Source: Camelus ferus (Eukaryota). Taken from it: a stretch of DNA of 64,000 nucleotides. The position numbers and the translations under genes are program-made. Shown here piece after piece: positions 1-13,270 of this stretch; within the stretch, counting starts at the first letter, position 1; each line of letters opens with the position of its first letter. The notes under the pieces are model-generated. The model saw only the letters and a program-made list of their open reading frames with translations, had not been told where the DNA came from and searched no databases. The DNA lies in assembly GCF_009834535.1 (NCBI RefSeq), contig NC_045707.1:48858001-48922000 (forward strand), in the 5' to 3' direction.

Positions 1-760
1 TCCTCAATCCTCTTAGCTGTAATGGATTTATTTCTTTTAAAAATTCTGCATGATGATTTCAATGGGATCCTGGGGAGATGTGAGACAAATACGCTTAGAC
101 AGTATCTTCTCTGTCCATCATTACCCGACTAAAGACCTAATGATATGCAGTTGTTTGAAATCTTCTACCTAGAGTGTCTACATCAGTTCTGGGATGAGAT
201 AAATGTTTGAAGTAGGAAGGAAAAGATTTAGGGAAAGCAGAAGGAAGCGGGAGTTGAAAGTAAAGATGAATAGAGTGTCATGAAGGAGCCACAGCAGGAG
301 GGAAAGGAATTCTGCAGTCTTCTGGGTCATGTGACTGCGGTGACTGAATCTAAACAAGCTTTGACAATGTTTCAGCTTGCAAGTGTACAGGTAGGTACTC
401 ATTTCACGTTGGGAGTAAATACTGTGTATGCTGTTAGTAAAATCACATTGCTCCATTGGGTCTACATATACAACTTTGCTCTAATGTCCCACAATAATAA
501 TCTAGCAACCCCTCTACACCACATCTCCACAAATTTTCACTCCCTGTATGCCTGATATTTGTAAACTTCCTCTTTTCTCTAATGACAAGATTTTGCTCTT
601 CAGTTAAATATTGAAATTACCATATAGCTTCCTCCTACTTTTTTTAAAATTTATGAAACTCCAAAAAGCTTATATTTGATTGTCACTCTTTCTAAATTTA
701 CAGCTAAATGTGTTTCTCCTTTTAAAACATTAAAATCTTTATATTCCTGAGATTGGAGGT

Positions 761-1170
761 TATATTTGTTTGCCAGGGCCGCCAAACAAAAGACCACAGA
801 ATGGGTAGCTTAGACAAAAAAAAAATATTTTTCACAGTTTTGAAAGCTGGAAGTCAAAGGTCAAGGTGTTGGCAGGTTTGATTTCTCCTGAGGCCTCTCT
901 CCTTGGCTTGCAGATGGCCACCTTGTCCTGTGTCTTCCCCTCACGTGGTCCTTCTCTTGTGCACATGAAATCCTGGTGTCACTCAGGGTGTTCAAATTTC
1001 CTCCTCTCAGAAATACACCAGTCAGGTTAGATAAGAAACTACCCTAAAAAAGTTGTTTTTTAACTGAATCACCTTTTTAAAGAACTTGTCTCCAAATACA
1101 GTCCATTCTGATGTACTGGGGATTATGGCTTTAACATGTATGTTTGGACCACACAATTCAGTCTGTAACA
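761..1170 (-). mobile_element. MaLR solo LTR (MLT1A/B-like)
   Basis: Hallmarks CACAGTTTTGAAAGCTGGAAGTC, GAGGCCTCTCTCCTTGGCTTGCAGATGGCC, TCTCCAAATACAGTC and terminal ACAATTCAGTCTGTAACA. Confidence 0.85.
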
Positions 1171-3394
1171 GTAGTCTTTGGAAAATCCAATGTTTCCTTT
1201 TCTTAACTGTTTAAGTATTTTATTCAATAATGGGTAAAGGTACACAGCAATAGATTATATAAGAGTTTTCCCCTCACTTTGTCAAACTAACCAATTTTAT
1301 TCATTCATCTATACAGCTATATCAGCTAGGTGCTTCTAGTGCTTAAAGGAAAACCTGATTGAATTAGTTGCTGTTGCTATAAAAACCTTTAAATACAAGA
1401 CAGCCCAGAAAAAGGAAAATACCCCAATCACTACTAGATTCAACCCTGAGTTATAAGTCCCACAAGGTACATCAAACTTTGAATAAAAGCATGCATAATT
1501 TATGAAAGAAATAAAACTAATTAGTGAAGTGTTCTCTAAAACCAGTGCATTGTTTAGGAAAATGAAAATTGCTACTCTGAGAATCTAAGCAAATAAACTT
1601 CACAAAGAAATGAACATGTAATCTAAATTATCAGCAATACAAAATGGCCAAGACAGTTCAACAATTTCTAAGCAATCTGACAGAATCTTTTGGTGCTAAG
1701 TATTAATTCCAAATATCTGGGGAAAGATCTCAACAGAATAAAATGAGAATGGCCACATCAAAGCTTCTGTGTTTATAAAAGAAAACAGCTGTGACTGAGG
1801 GCAATGAATTAATAGTCCAAGTAATCTTTCTGAATTGGAGTTATGAATTTGAGCATGTTCACAAGAAAACAAAATAAGCCCACACCCAATTGAAATGATC
1901 TTTATAGACGCCATGTAAATGTATACCGAACCACTCTACAATTAAATACCACATAGTTAGTTTAGGGGCTTCGTGCCAAAACTATTTTGAAATTCTACTA
2001 AATTTAAATTGTGCACAGTGGTAAATGAGAATAAATATTCCAAAATGATAGCTCATTTAGCATTTTTACACACACACGCACAGAGCCACATACGCACAAC
2101 AGAACTAAACCAATGCAAATCTGGAAATAATTATATCATCTCCTTATTGGCAAACCCAAAGGAAAAGTTCACAAGAAAACTAGTTTTACATTAAATTTCT
2201 CATATTTCATGCACACAAGAAAAAATAAGTCATGGCCAAAAAACAGTTTCTATATATCTTTTATTGCAATCAAAAGATTGCTTATTCTGTGAACATATTG
2301 TAAAAATGTCCAAATGTTCTCTTTTTATCTACGTAACTAAATGATAAGTATTTTAATTCCAGATGGTACATATTACACAATAACCATTCATCAAAAGTTG
2401 CATGATTCCAAGCACATAAAACTCTTTTGCAAAAAAGTATCTGCTGTGCAGTTCCTTTCTTTTTTTGTTATTTCTTTTACTCTCACCACCTCCCTTTTTT
2501 TTTTTTTTTTTTGCATCTAACAGTATCTTTGAAAAGCAACAAATGTTCAGACACCACTAATTATCCTTTTCTAAGTGAGAAGTTAGCCTCTACTCACGAT
2601 TCCTTTAACAAACATTTCTTGAGCCACGAACTTTGTCTAGGGAAGTCTGAAGGGCTATGAAATAGAGTAGCTAGAGCAAAAGAAAAAAATAGCTAACATG
2701 TATTACATAGTAGAGAAACTAATCAGTCTAATTTGAGTGGAAGATAATGTGTCAGAAATATGCTATGCCTATATGAGATTTTTTTAAATCAGAAAGTAGA
2801 ATTAGAAGCCCTACCAGAGTCTTAGATCCTGGTAGAATCAGTTTCCTGTAGTCAGTTAGCCCGCTGTCTAAGAGAAGATAATCTAGTCACTGAGGTTATG
2901 ACTGAGATTAAGAAAAATACACATAAAGAAACAAATCGCTGTGGTTTTTAACCACTAAAAGTAAATTGCTAGATATATACTGATAGAAGTTTCAACTGCA
3001 CAAACAAATCAAAATGTTTACTAAATCAAAAATCAAAGGTGGTATTTCTGTCTGGAAAGCAGAGAAACGAGATTGCAGAACCAAATAAAACAAAAGAAGT
3101 TCAGTCCCCTTCTATTTCTGGTGTAGTCCAGCCACAGGGAACATGTGCTCACATCCCGTAGTTGGTGGTAAGTAAATGACAGATTATGCTTGTCAGTCAC
3201 ACCAATGACTTCTTGGATGATTTCAGGCAACCACAGCAAATCTAGACTCTACACTTCTTATTTGCTGATGAGATTAATGATAGGTGCTACAGCAAAGTGG
3301 CTGGTCAGTCATGTCAACTGCCAAGTCCCATTTTGTATTTTCCACTTGTGTATAGAGGCTGGGAAGTTGGAACACTTACTTTCCAATTCTCTCT

Positions 3395-3635
3395 TTGTCT
3401 TAGCTTCAGTTATACATCCCTAAAGCAGATTCTGAGACAAGGATTTGGCTGTGAAAGACAAGAATAGAATTTAGAGGGAAGTGAGGTAGAAAACCCAATA
3501 CAGGATGTATTAATGAGCCATCACCATGGAGGCAACTAGGGATCAAACACTATAAGGACCCCGAGAAACTAGGGAGAAGAACCCCCAGAATCCAGCAGGG
3601 GCTGAGGAAGCCAGGGTTCTTGTATAACTATTCTC
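3395..3635. mobile_element. Old ERVL-type LTR fragment (LTR16-like)
   Basis: Motif AAAGCAGATTCTGAGACAAGGATTTG; highly diverged. Confidence 0.4.
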
Positions 3636-3774
3636 ATTCTTACCAATTCAACTTTTCACCTCTGTAAGATGGACAACTGAACATGACTGCATCATGAGTA
3701 ACTGCACACATAGGCATAGCTATAAAAAGTCATGTTAAAAATATGTGCTTGTGCAGTCCTGCAAATTTGTCCTG

Positions 3775-3950
3775 GTAGTAGAAAGAGTGCAGAATTTGAC
3801 CAGAAGACCTGGGTTTTATTTCGTCCTAGCTTTATCACTAGCGGATAACAAAATGGACAAGTCTCTCTGTCTGGGCCTTACTTAGAGTTTTGCTGTTTGA
3901 GAAATGATAAGCTTGAGTTATTGATGAAACTGTTTTTCCAGCTCTAAATC
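3775..3950 (+). mobile_element. MIR SINE remnant
   Basis: AGAAGACCTGGGTT...CCTAGCTTTATCACTAGC...GGACAAGTC...TCTGGGCCT core-like sequence. Confidence 0.55.
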
Positions 3951-4122
3951 CCAAGAATTTTTGATTAACTGCATTTTTATTATGTTTACAATAACTTTAC
4001 TATTTTCTTTGTCAGGCCCTGAAAATTTTCATTGCCACACTTACCATGTTTCTCAAAATAGAAAATTGAATGCCTTTCTGATGTCAGAAAGCCCTCTGTA
4101 ATGTGAATCAATTAACATGGCT

Positions 4123-4166
4123 AAAACAAAATCTCTTGCAGGAGAAAACAAAATCTCTTGCAGGAG
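4123..4166. repeat. Perfect 22-bp tandem duplication
   Basis: AAAACAAAATCTCTTGCAGGAG x2 (4123-4144, 4145-4166). Confidence 0.95.
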
Positions 4167-5715
4167 AAACCAAATTATCTGTTAAAGTGACTGGACTTAG
4201 CTCACAAATTTCCATGACAGTCCATGGAGTATAAGCAATGTTATTTCAAGACCTGAAAAAAAATTAGTCAATGTTTAATTTTGAATTTTAAAGAGAATGA
4301 TAGCATATGCAAGTAATAAAGCTAGAACCCCAAACAAACCAAATCCTCAAAAAAGCCCTCATGATTAAAATTGTTTCCTAAACTACCATATTATTGATGC
4401 CAGATGTTAATCATGAAAACAGAAGATAAAGAACTTATACAGAGAGAAATTTCCATTTTAAACAGTAGGACATTAACTTATGAAAGTAATGAGTCAGGAT
4501 AAGTCTGACTAGCCAATAAGCCTCTGTAACATATTAAAATATTTTTCTGTGAACCATGGTTTATATAGTCAAAATCTTTCTTACAAGACAAAATATATCT
4601 TTTTTTTTTTTATAAAAGCCTTAGACTTATAGAGATTAGTGGCTATGGGATAAATGCACAAAAAAAGTTACATCTTGAAATATCTGGGAGATCTTTTCCT
4701 TTATTATTATTATTAAAAAAATTTTTTTGTCTTTTATTCTTCTACAGTGAGTTTAGAGTCTCATTCATGCTCACCATCTATGTCTCCAAATCCTGCCTCT
4801 CACTTGTAATCCAAATCTACATTTCACAGCTTTTGTGTCTTTACCTGATTGCTACTTTAGCACCACAAACTTAGTGTGTCCAAACTGCTTTTCCCTAAAA
4901 GTTCTTTTCTCACGCTGATATCCCTTTCATCCAACAATGCGTTCATTCCTTCCAATGTTGCTTTATTATCTCTTCTCTCAACCAACAAGAGATAGTTATG
5001 TTGGTAGGAGCTAAGGCAGATACAAAGAACAATAAAAACCAGTGCCTGCTATGTAAATAAATAAAATATTGTGCCTTGAGGGCCCTACCATGGCAGTATC
5101 ATACACAGCAGCTACAATAAATTGGAGTAAAGCTATAGTTGCTATTAGAGAAGCCCTGAGCACATCTTTACTCTGTAAATTGTCAAGAAGTTGCCCTCAG
5201 AGAGAATTACTTGACTTGAATCTTGAATGTTTAGTAAAATTTTCCGGAGTACAAAGAAAGAAAGGCAGTGGTACAGTATAATCCAAGTCAAAAAGAAGAG
5301 GGAAATCAAAAAAAGTGTAGCATGTCTAAAATTTAGATTCAGCTTTCAAAGAGTATAATTATATTTATACCTCATTCATTGTACCATTGTTATCATATAA
5401 ATACACACACACGTATACATACATATATGTACATAAACATATGTATTACATCTACATATGCTGTAGTTTCCATAAAAGTTCATCCAGTTCTACTGGATAC
5501 CAATACTCTTAGCTGACATTTGCTGACAATGTCTTTATTTTACTTTTATTTTTGAACAACTTTTTTTTCTGAATACAAACTTCATGGTAGACATCCTTTC
5601 AGCATTTTGAGGGTGTCACTGCACTGTCATCTGTCCTCCATTATTTTTGATGTCAGCTGACACTGGTATTGTTAGTCCCCTGTAGATAATGCATTGTTTC
5701 TCTCTGCCTACTTTT

Positions 5716-5744
5716 ATTTTTATTTTTGGGGGGAGGTAACTAGG
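5716..5744 (-). mobile_element. Extremely 5'-truncated SINE 3' tail (camelid-type) with 13-bp TSD
   Basis: TCTGCCTACTTTT at 5703-5715 and 5745-5757 flanks an insert reading CCTAGTTACCTCCCCCCAAAAATAAAAAT on the minus strand. Confidence 0.75.
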
Positions 5745-5890
5745 TCTGCCTACTTTTAAAATGGTCTATTTTTATTTTTCAAGTTTTATCATGATAAAAT
5801 TAGGTGTGTTTTTATTTATATTTATCTTGCTTGGGTCTGGTAGTAGATATTTGTTACCACATTTGGGAAATTTTTAGCCATTATTCCTCC

Positions 5891-6266
5891 ATTATAGACT
5901 GAATTAAGTCCCCTCAAATTTTTATGGTGAAGTCCTAACCCCTTACATGACTGTACTTGGAGATAGGGCCCATCAGGAGGTAACAGATGTTAAATGAGGT
6001 CATAAAGGTGAGGCCTTAATTCAATGGGACTGGTGTCCTTGGGATACTAAATCGCTCTCTCTGCATGCCCACAGAGAAGAGGCCATGTGGGGGCACAGAG
6101 AGAAGTCAGCAGCCCAAAAGACAGAGATAGAAGACTCACAAGAAACTGACCGTAATGGCATCTTGATCTTGTACTTGCCTTCAAAACTTTTGAGAAAATA
6201 AATTTCTGTTGTTTAAGCCACTCAGTCTGTGTCATTCTGTTAGGTCAGCAAGAGGAAATTAATATA
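5891..6266 (+). mobile_element. MaLR solo LTR (MLT1A-like) nested in L1
   Basis: TATAGACTGAATT...GAAGTCCTAACCCC...GGAGATAGGGCC...GAGAAAATAAATTTCTGTTGTTTAAGCCACTCAGTCTGTG. Confidence 0.85.
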
Positions 6267-9200
6267 TCTTCTAAATATTTTTTATTCTCCATTCTTTCTC
6301 TCCTCTCCTTCATGGAGTCCAATTACACATATCTTAGACCTCATTGTATCATCTCACAGATCACTAAGAATCTACTGATTTATCTTCAAACTTTCTCCTC
6401 TCTGGTCTCTTAAAATTGAGTATTTTCTATTTGAATATCCTCAAGCTTAGTAACCACTTATTTTACCACATATGAGAACACTTTTAATATTACACATTGA
6501 TTTGCTAAACTGTAGAATTTCCATTGGCTTATTTTTTAGAGTTTCCATTTCTCTGTTGAGATCCCCTATCTGCCTATTCATCATCAGCATATTTTACTTC
6601 AAGTTCCCAAACTTATTTATAATCATTTATTTAAAGTCCTTGTATTCCAATTTCCATATTCAGAGTATTTTGTGATTGGTTTCTGTTGACTACTTTTTCT
6701 CTTTAATGTGGGTCATAATTTCATGTTCCATCTCATTGTCTACTATATTTTTTCATTGCATGGTGGATATTGTGGTGGACACATTGTAGAAATGGATTCT
6801 GTTATCTTGCTCTAAAGATTATTATTATTCTAGTAGGTAATTACATTGATTTGATTCAAACTCAAAGTTTTGGCTCCCCAAAGCGGGTATCAGCTGAAAC
6901 TGCTCACTTTTCTCGGTCTTCTGGTTGTGCTTTTCACTGAGAACTCTGAACTCTCCCAAGCACGTGTGCAATGCAGTGGTTAGCAAAGAATGTAAATAGA
7001 GTTCAAATATGGATTTAGGGCTCTCCTCTCTGTTAGTCCCTCCTTTATGGGATCTTCCTCCTTACTCTCCTCAACCCAGTAAAAATCCAGCTTGTACTAA
7101 CAGGAGAAAAGCTAGTTTAGTTTCCTTCTTTGATGGGTCAATTTCTTCCTGTTTCTATTTACTTTGGGCACTATTTCTTCAACATTTTACACAGCGTTTA
7201 TAATTTTTATTTGAATGAAAGTAGCTACTCTACCATTATAGGAATAAGAATAAGAATTTATAGAATTATTTTTAATAATAGTTTACATTTTTAAAATAGC
7301 TATTGGGCACATCAGATTTTTTTTTCTTTACTTTATGTTCTCTCTCTTTTTGGGTCATCTTTAATAATTCTTCTTTTGTAAGTACCTGTTCATTTCATAC
7401 AGTGTTCTGAAATTTATTGGCAGAGATCCTGGATTTTTTAAATATAATTATTGAGTGATATTCCATAGAGTCTGGTGCCTGCCCTGCCTCTGGATTTTGG
7501 GTTGTTAATTATATAATATCAATTTATAACATTATAAATTTGATTCATATATTTTGTTTCCTTTAATCCAAAAGCATCTTGACTAAAGAGTAAGTATATA
7601 ATAAATGATATAAATTTAATTGTTAAGATCTGTAATTTTTACATTTAAATTTTGCTTTATTTATACACTGACATCACATAAAATTTTCCAGATGAAAATG
7701 ATAATTTCCCCATTTCAATTTCAGATGTGTTCATCACTGGCATCAATGGTAGTGAAAGAGGAGAAATGTCCACTATTTCATTAAAAAGTTTAAAATAATT
7801 TACTTATTGGTCCCGTGTGAGTACAGTTAAAACAGAATTATTCAAGTTTTTATCAAATAATGGGGGTGTTTATTATAAGGATACAAGTGAATATAAGGAA
7901 ATATGACATTCAGGTATGAAATCAGGACTGAGGTATAATGGAAACCATAGCAGTGCCCAGTCTCACAAAGGCTGGAACTGGATTCTAAGCAGCTCTGGGT
8001 GATTCAGCAGTGACTAGCTTTTAATGCATTTTTACAAACATCTGCTCTTCATTCTTTTCCTCAAACCAATCTATTTCCTGTAGCTTTTGCTTCCTTATGA
8101 CTTTGACTTCCTTATGATTCTTTTTCCCAGCCTTATGAGTGGACTCTATCTCTGTTTCTTTTAAGCTTAAGATTTCTTTGGCTATAAATTTTCTCTGTGC
8201 TAATTGGGATACTTTCAATTACAAATAAAAATGCAAAGCAAATTATCATTAACATAAAGTAATCTGTTGATGTGCATAACGGGTAAGTAAAGGTTTACCA
8301 CTACATTCAGGAATGGTTGATGCAGGGGCTCAAATATTATTTCTGTCAATCTCTAGATAGATAGATAGAAAGATATATAGATGATAGACATAGATAAAGA
8401 TATATAAATATATATCAGACCAGACTGCTGCATGTGATGGCCATATTGACACCACAGTCCTAGAGTTACATCACACATCTCTGTGACCCAGATGAAGGAG
8501 ACTGTATATTCCAACAACTTGAACATAATATCCACAAGGGGTACTCCGATTGACTCTAATCAACAGTTTGACTCTGTGCCCATCTCTGAACCAGTCTTTG
8601 TTTCATATCCATGACATTTAGAAGCAGGAAGAATGTCAGCCTCCCTGAACCATATCCAGTAAGTTTCTAATAGGTAAAAATTATTATATTCCCAGAAGGA
8701 ATGTGGAAAGAATTATTGGATATTAACACAAAGAAGGTGAGCAAACTCTACAGTTTCTGGTTCAGATTTCTGACAATGATTACGTTGCTGTTCAGAGCAT
8801 TTTCCACTGGCCACTCTCATAGTCTGGCGTGGATACACTTCCTGGATGCAGCTTTCAGTCACAGTCTAGTCATAAGTGCTTCTGAGTAGTATCACACTGT
8901 ACAAAACCAGGTGTACCCAGCAATCCTGTGATCAAAGCTCTCATTGGAATGGTTTTTCCCTTAGAAGTATTTGTAGGCTTGGCAGATATCATAATTGTCA
9001 TTTAACTATTGTTTCAGTTGGTTGCATTATTTATAAAAACTCCAAAATTCATTATTACTCTTTTTAAATTTCCATCTAATATGTCTGTAAATCTATGCCT
9101 TAACTCTTATTACAATGACGAATATTATGAAATATTGATGTTTTTGTAAATATACTGGCAAATGCGATATTTGATTAAGTTTAATATTTAGGTAGACTAG

Positions 9201-12200
9201 AGAGGTGAGAAGAGCATTGTAACCAACAAATTGTCTCTTACAAAGGAACTATTTGAAGCTCTAGATTGACTATGATTCATTTCATAAAATTAAACTATTC
9301 TGGAGATTATAAATCTTTAGTGAAGCCAAAGATAATGTTTATGCAAAAATGAACATTTCAACATGGAAAGGGGTAAAACAAATTTCATCCAGAATGATAT
9401 TTATATTACTATTTGTACTGAACCTTAGTATGTGCTTAAATTCTGAATGTTCTTATAACTTAATATTTCAGTGTTCAAAGAAAACTGTGTCTAGAAAAAA
9501 TGCATAGAAAAATTAAATAAGGAGAAAAAGTCCCATATAAAATTGTCTGGTTTTAATATAAAATAGGATACCAACTGGGCTCAATTATGTTTCATATCTT
9601 TAAGTATTTTCAGTAAAACAATTGGGGCATACCAATTTGAATACCAAACTGAATAAAAAGTAGTATTTCATTCAGAGCACAAAATACAAAAGAGAATAAA
9701 TGTTCCTTTCCTTTCTGTCTCTCAACCTAGGAAAAGGTTTAGCTTTGAAATGCAAATTTTGAATTTAGTATTCAATAATTCTAAAGCTTTCTTAGTGAAA
9801 TTAAAAGGAAATTCTTTTTCCTCAACTAAAAATTCCTCATGCATTCCTCACAGTAAGAGATATGATTGTACTTAACTACTCACTTATCATAAACACTTGT
9901 ATAAACACATTTTTCCATAAAGTTGAAAAAAAGTTCACCCTGCTTCCCAGTCCAACTCCATACGGCTGAAATATCCCACAACCCTTACCTTCTTTGAGAA
10001 ACAGCAATAGAAGAATCAAACTGCCACTACAGACTTTCCACACCATGTTTTTAATTTGCTATATTAAATACAAGTCTTTTAAAACAAGATGTTGCCAAAT
10101 TCATCATTTGGTTTCTCAGGTATAATATTTGCAAAGTACTCAACTAGCCTTCCACAAATGAGAAATAAAAAGTGATTCCAGGAGAGACCACGCTCCTCTG
10201 TGTCCACTGGCAGGCCAGTGACCACTAGGAATTGGAGTCCTCCAATGTAATATTTGTGGTAAGCTGGTTTTCAGCTAAACCATGATCTTCTATTTCATGT
10301 CATTCATGACACTCTGCTTCTAATTTTACAATTTAAGAAATATGAGCCCTTGCAACTCAAGTCATGAATGTCCATACATATAAACATTTATATTCATATT
10401 CATTTTCATACTTGAGAATAAATATATTTAAACATATTTTAAGAATTTGAAGTAAATTTTAATTCAAAATTTTGTAAGCCTAAGATAATTAATAAAAAGA
10501 AAACTTACATGTCTATATAATTGTGTAGTGTTTATAGCTCACCCTATACTGACTTTCTTTAGCTTTCTCTTTTTCTTAGAGTCAAGTTTCATGAAAATTT
10601 TGTCCTCACACTTTCTCTTCTTTTTCATTTCTCTTTACCTCCAGTTGCTCTAATTGTCTCCTGATCCTACTAACATCACTGAAGCTGTTTTTCACCAGTG
10701 TCACCAGGGTCATCCTTGTTGCTAAATTTAATAATTAACTTAACCACTGTGGTAGTGTTAGTTGCCTACCCAATATCCACCTTTCCTCTGTGCTAACAGA
10801 ATAGCAATTCCCTTTTGTGTGGCAATGCCCCACCTCACACACATGCACTGCATTTCTGGACTTTCCATGCAGCAGTATTTACCCATTTGACAAATCTACT
10901 CAATGAGATGCAACTTAAAAGCTACAGGAGGTATCTGAGTACGTTTAGATTAAAAAAAAAAAATCCCTTCATGAAAGATCAAATGCTCCTTTTCCAGATC
11001 ATGGATGCAGGATAAGTTAACAGTATAACAAAAAGGGCCACAGATTTTATTTTAATTAGGACTGAAAGATCAGTACAAACACTGATAGTCATGACGGGGC
11101 AGGTGGGGGGATGTCTTATACCCTGAACACCAATATTCCAACTCTGTGTCCTGTCCTGTTGTTATAATTTGTAAAAATCTTAACCACGCAGTGATTCCAG
11201 TTTTTGTAACTTCAATGATATGTTAAATGGAATGAGTTTTGGTTTGAAGAATTTGTTGTATCCAAAGGCCAGAATAGTATTCAACTCTGTTGATTAAATA
11301 CATAAAACAATGAATGATTCCTTAATGCATCTAGTATTTTATTTTTTAATTCTCAAGTGACATCTGTATCATTAAACTCCCTTGCAAATATGAATATACC
11401 ACAACAGGTAACTGCAAAGGCCAGGAGTGTCTGAAGAGCTATATATATTGGCAGTAATTTGTCTCTTTTAAAATAATAATTTATTTATTTACCTATCTAT
11501 TTATTTTCACAATGCAAAGCAGATTTACTTGCATGCACAGCAGTGAGGATTAAGACATAAAAAGGAAAGCAGTCTTCAGGCAAACGGAGAAGATGATGAC
11601 TTAAGGAGCTGATGTTGGAGCCCACTGCAACAGGCAGACCTGCTACACTCCCTTCAGAAGTTAAGTCTCCTCACCTAATGCCCCAGCAGGCTTTTCAACA
11701 GGTCTTCCTGCTGGACCTGCTCTTCTGTTTCCTTCTGATTGGAAACGTGGTATTCCAGACAGTCTATATTCTTCAATGTTATCCAGGAACTCTCATGAAC
11801 TCTAAGAGTACCTACTCTAACAGTTTCACTGTTCTTAGAAGCCAAGGTAACTCAGGTCCTACAGGACCCTGCTTAACACGTTATCCAACTACAGTGCGGA
11901 CTTTAGGGCTTGCATATACTTCCTCAGTTCTCTGCCGGGCCTCTTAATAATGACCAGAAAGTAGACACTACCTTCCTGTTTTCTTAGCTATCTTGGGAAC
12001 TGCTTTGCATGTTCCCTCTCCACTTTAGCCTGCTCCTTGGACAATGTTGCAAAGCAGGTGTTTTCATCTCTGCATCGTAATAGCAGGCCATGGATAAATA
12101 AGCATCACTGATGTGCGTAAGACCTTACTTGGTAAATAGCATCCTTACACTCTTCAGGCAGAGGGCCCTGGACCTGAGATATAGGTGCTTTTTTATTGTG

Positions 12201-12364
12201 ATAATAGCTAGCTCTTGCCAGTATGTTGTTCAAATCTCTTATGGTCATACTAAAATTTGTCTTTTTATCCTGTCGATTTAATTCACAAAAATGCATTTGG
12301 GCATTGCAATTATCAACGTGTCAAAGTGTTGTCTGTCTATAGATTCTATGCTGATGCAACTGTA

Positions 12365-13270
12365 TTTCAACATTTTATTATGGAATCTTCAGATATACTG
12401 GAGAGTTGAAATAATTTTACATTGCACACTCATAGACTCACTACGATGGTTCTATAGTTAACATTCTAACCTACTTGTATTTATGACATATTTATAATAA
12501 CTAAATTCTTCTAACCACTCTCATCCATTTATTTTTTGACACTTCTCAAAATAAATTTCAGACATCAGTATACTTTCTAAATACTTCATTATCTAGAGTT
12601 CAATATTTGTTTAGATATTTCCACTATAAAATATTCATACAATGAAGTTTAAAACCTTTAGTGTACATTTACTGAGTTTTAACAAATACATACACCTGTA
12701 ACAAATTCTGACCAAGATATAGAACATCAACATTAGTCCAGAAAGTCAGCTCTTGACTTCACCCTCATACAAGCACCCACTGCTTTTTTTTCCATTATAT
12801 ATTCATTTGCCTGTTCTCAAATTTGATATTAAAGGAATCAGAGTATATATCCTTTGTATAAAGCTTCTCTCACTTAGAATAATGTTTTTGAGATTCCTTT
12901 ATATTGTGGATGTATCAATAATCCATCCCTTTAAATTACTATGTAGTAATCCTTTCTTTTTAATCTATTTTGATAACATTTGCCTTTGCTCTTATTTGTT
13001 TAGGTTACTAACATTTAATGGAATTATTGACATTGGTCTATTATTTTACTATTTGTTTTTTGTTTATACTCTGTTTTTTGATCCTTTATCCCCGTTTTCT
13101 TCTTTTTTTGACTATTTGGGTGTGTTTTAGAACTAAAAAACTTAGAATTTTTATTTTAACATATATTTACTTTTAAGTTGTATACATTGTTTTTGTTATA
13201 TTTTTAGAAATTACTCTAGAATAAGAATATGCATCCTAGTATTTTCTTAGTCTATGTAGATTTTGTATTA
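12365..13270 (-). mobile_element. Old L1 fragments (3' UTR and internal)
   Basis: TTTTAACAAATACATACACCTGTAAC...CAAGATATAGAACAT and CTTCTCTCACTTAGAATAATGTTTTTGAGATTC are antisense L1M 3' motifs. Confidence 0.65.

Larger units (their letters stand above)
5480..7230 (-). mobile_element. Ancient L1 (L1M-type) 5'/ORF1-region remnant, interrupted by younger insertions
   Basis: T-rich antisense L1 motifs TTTGGGAAATTTTTAGCCATTATT, CCAATTACACATATCTTAGAC and AGAATTTCCATTGGCTTATTTTTTAGAGTTTCCATTTCTCTGTTGAGAT. Confidence 0.7.
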
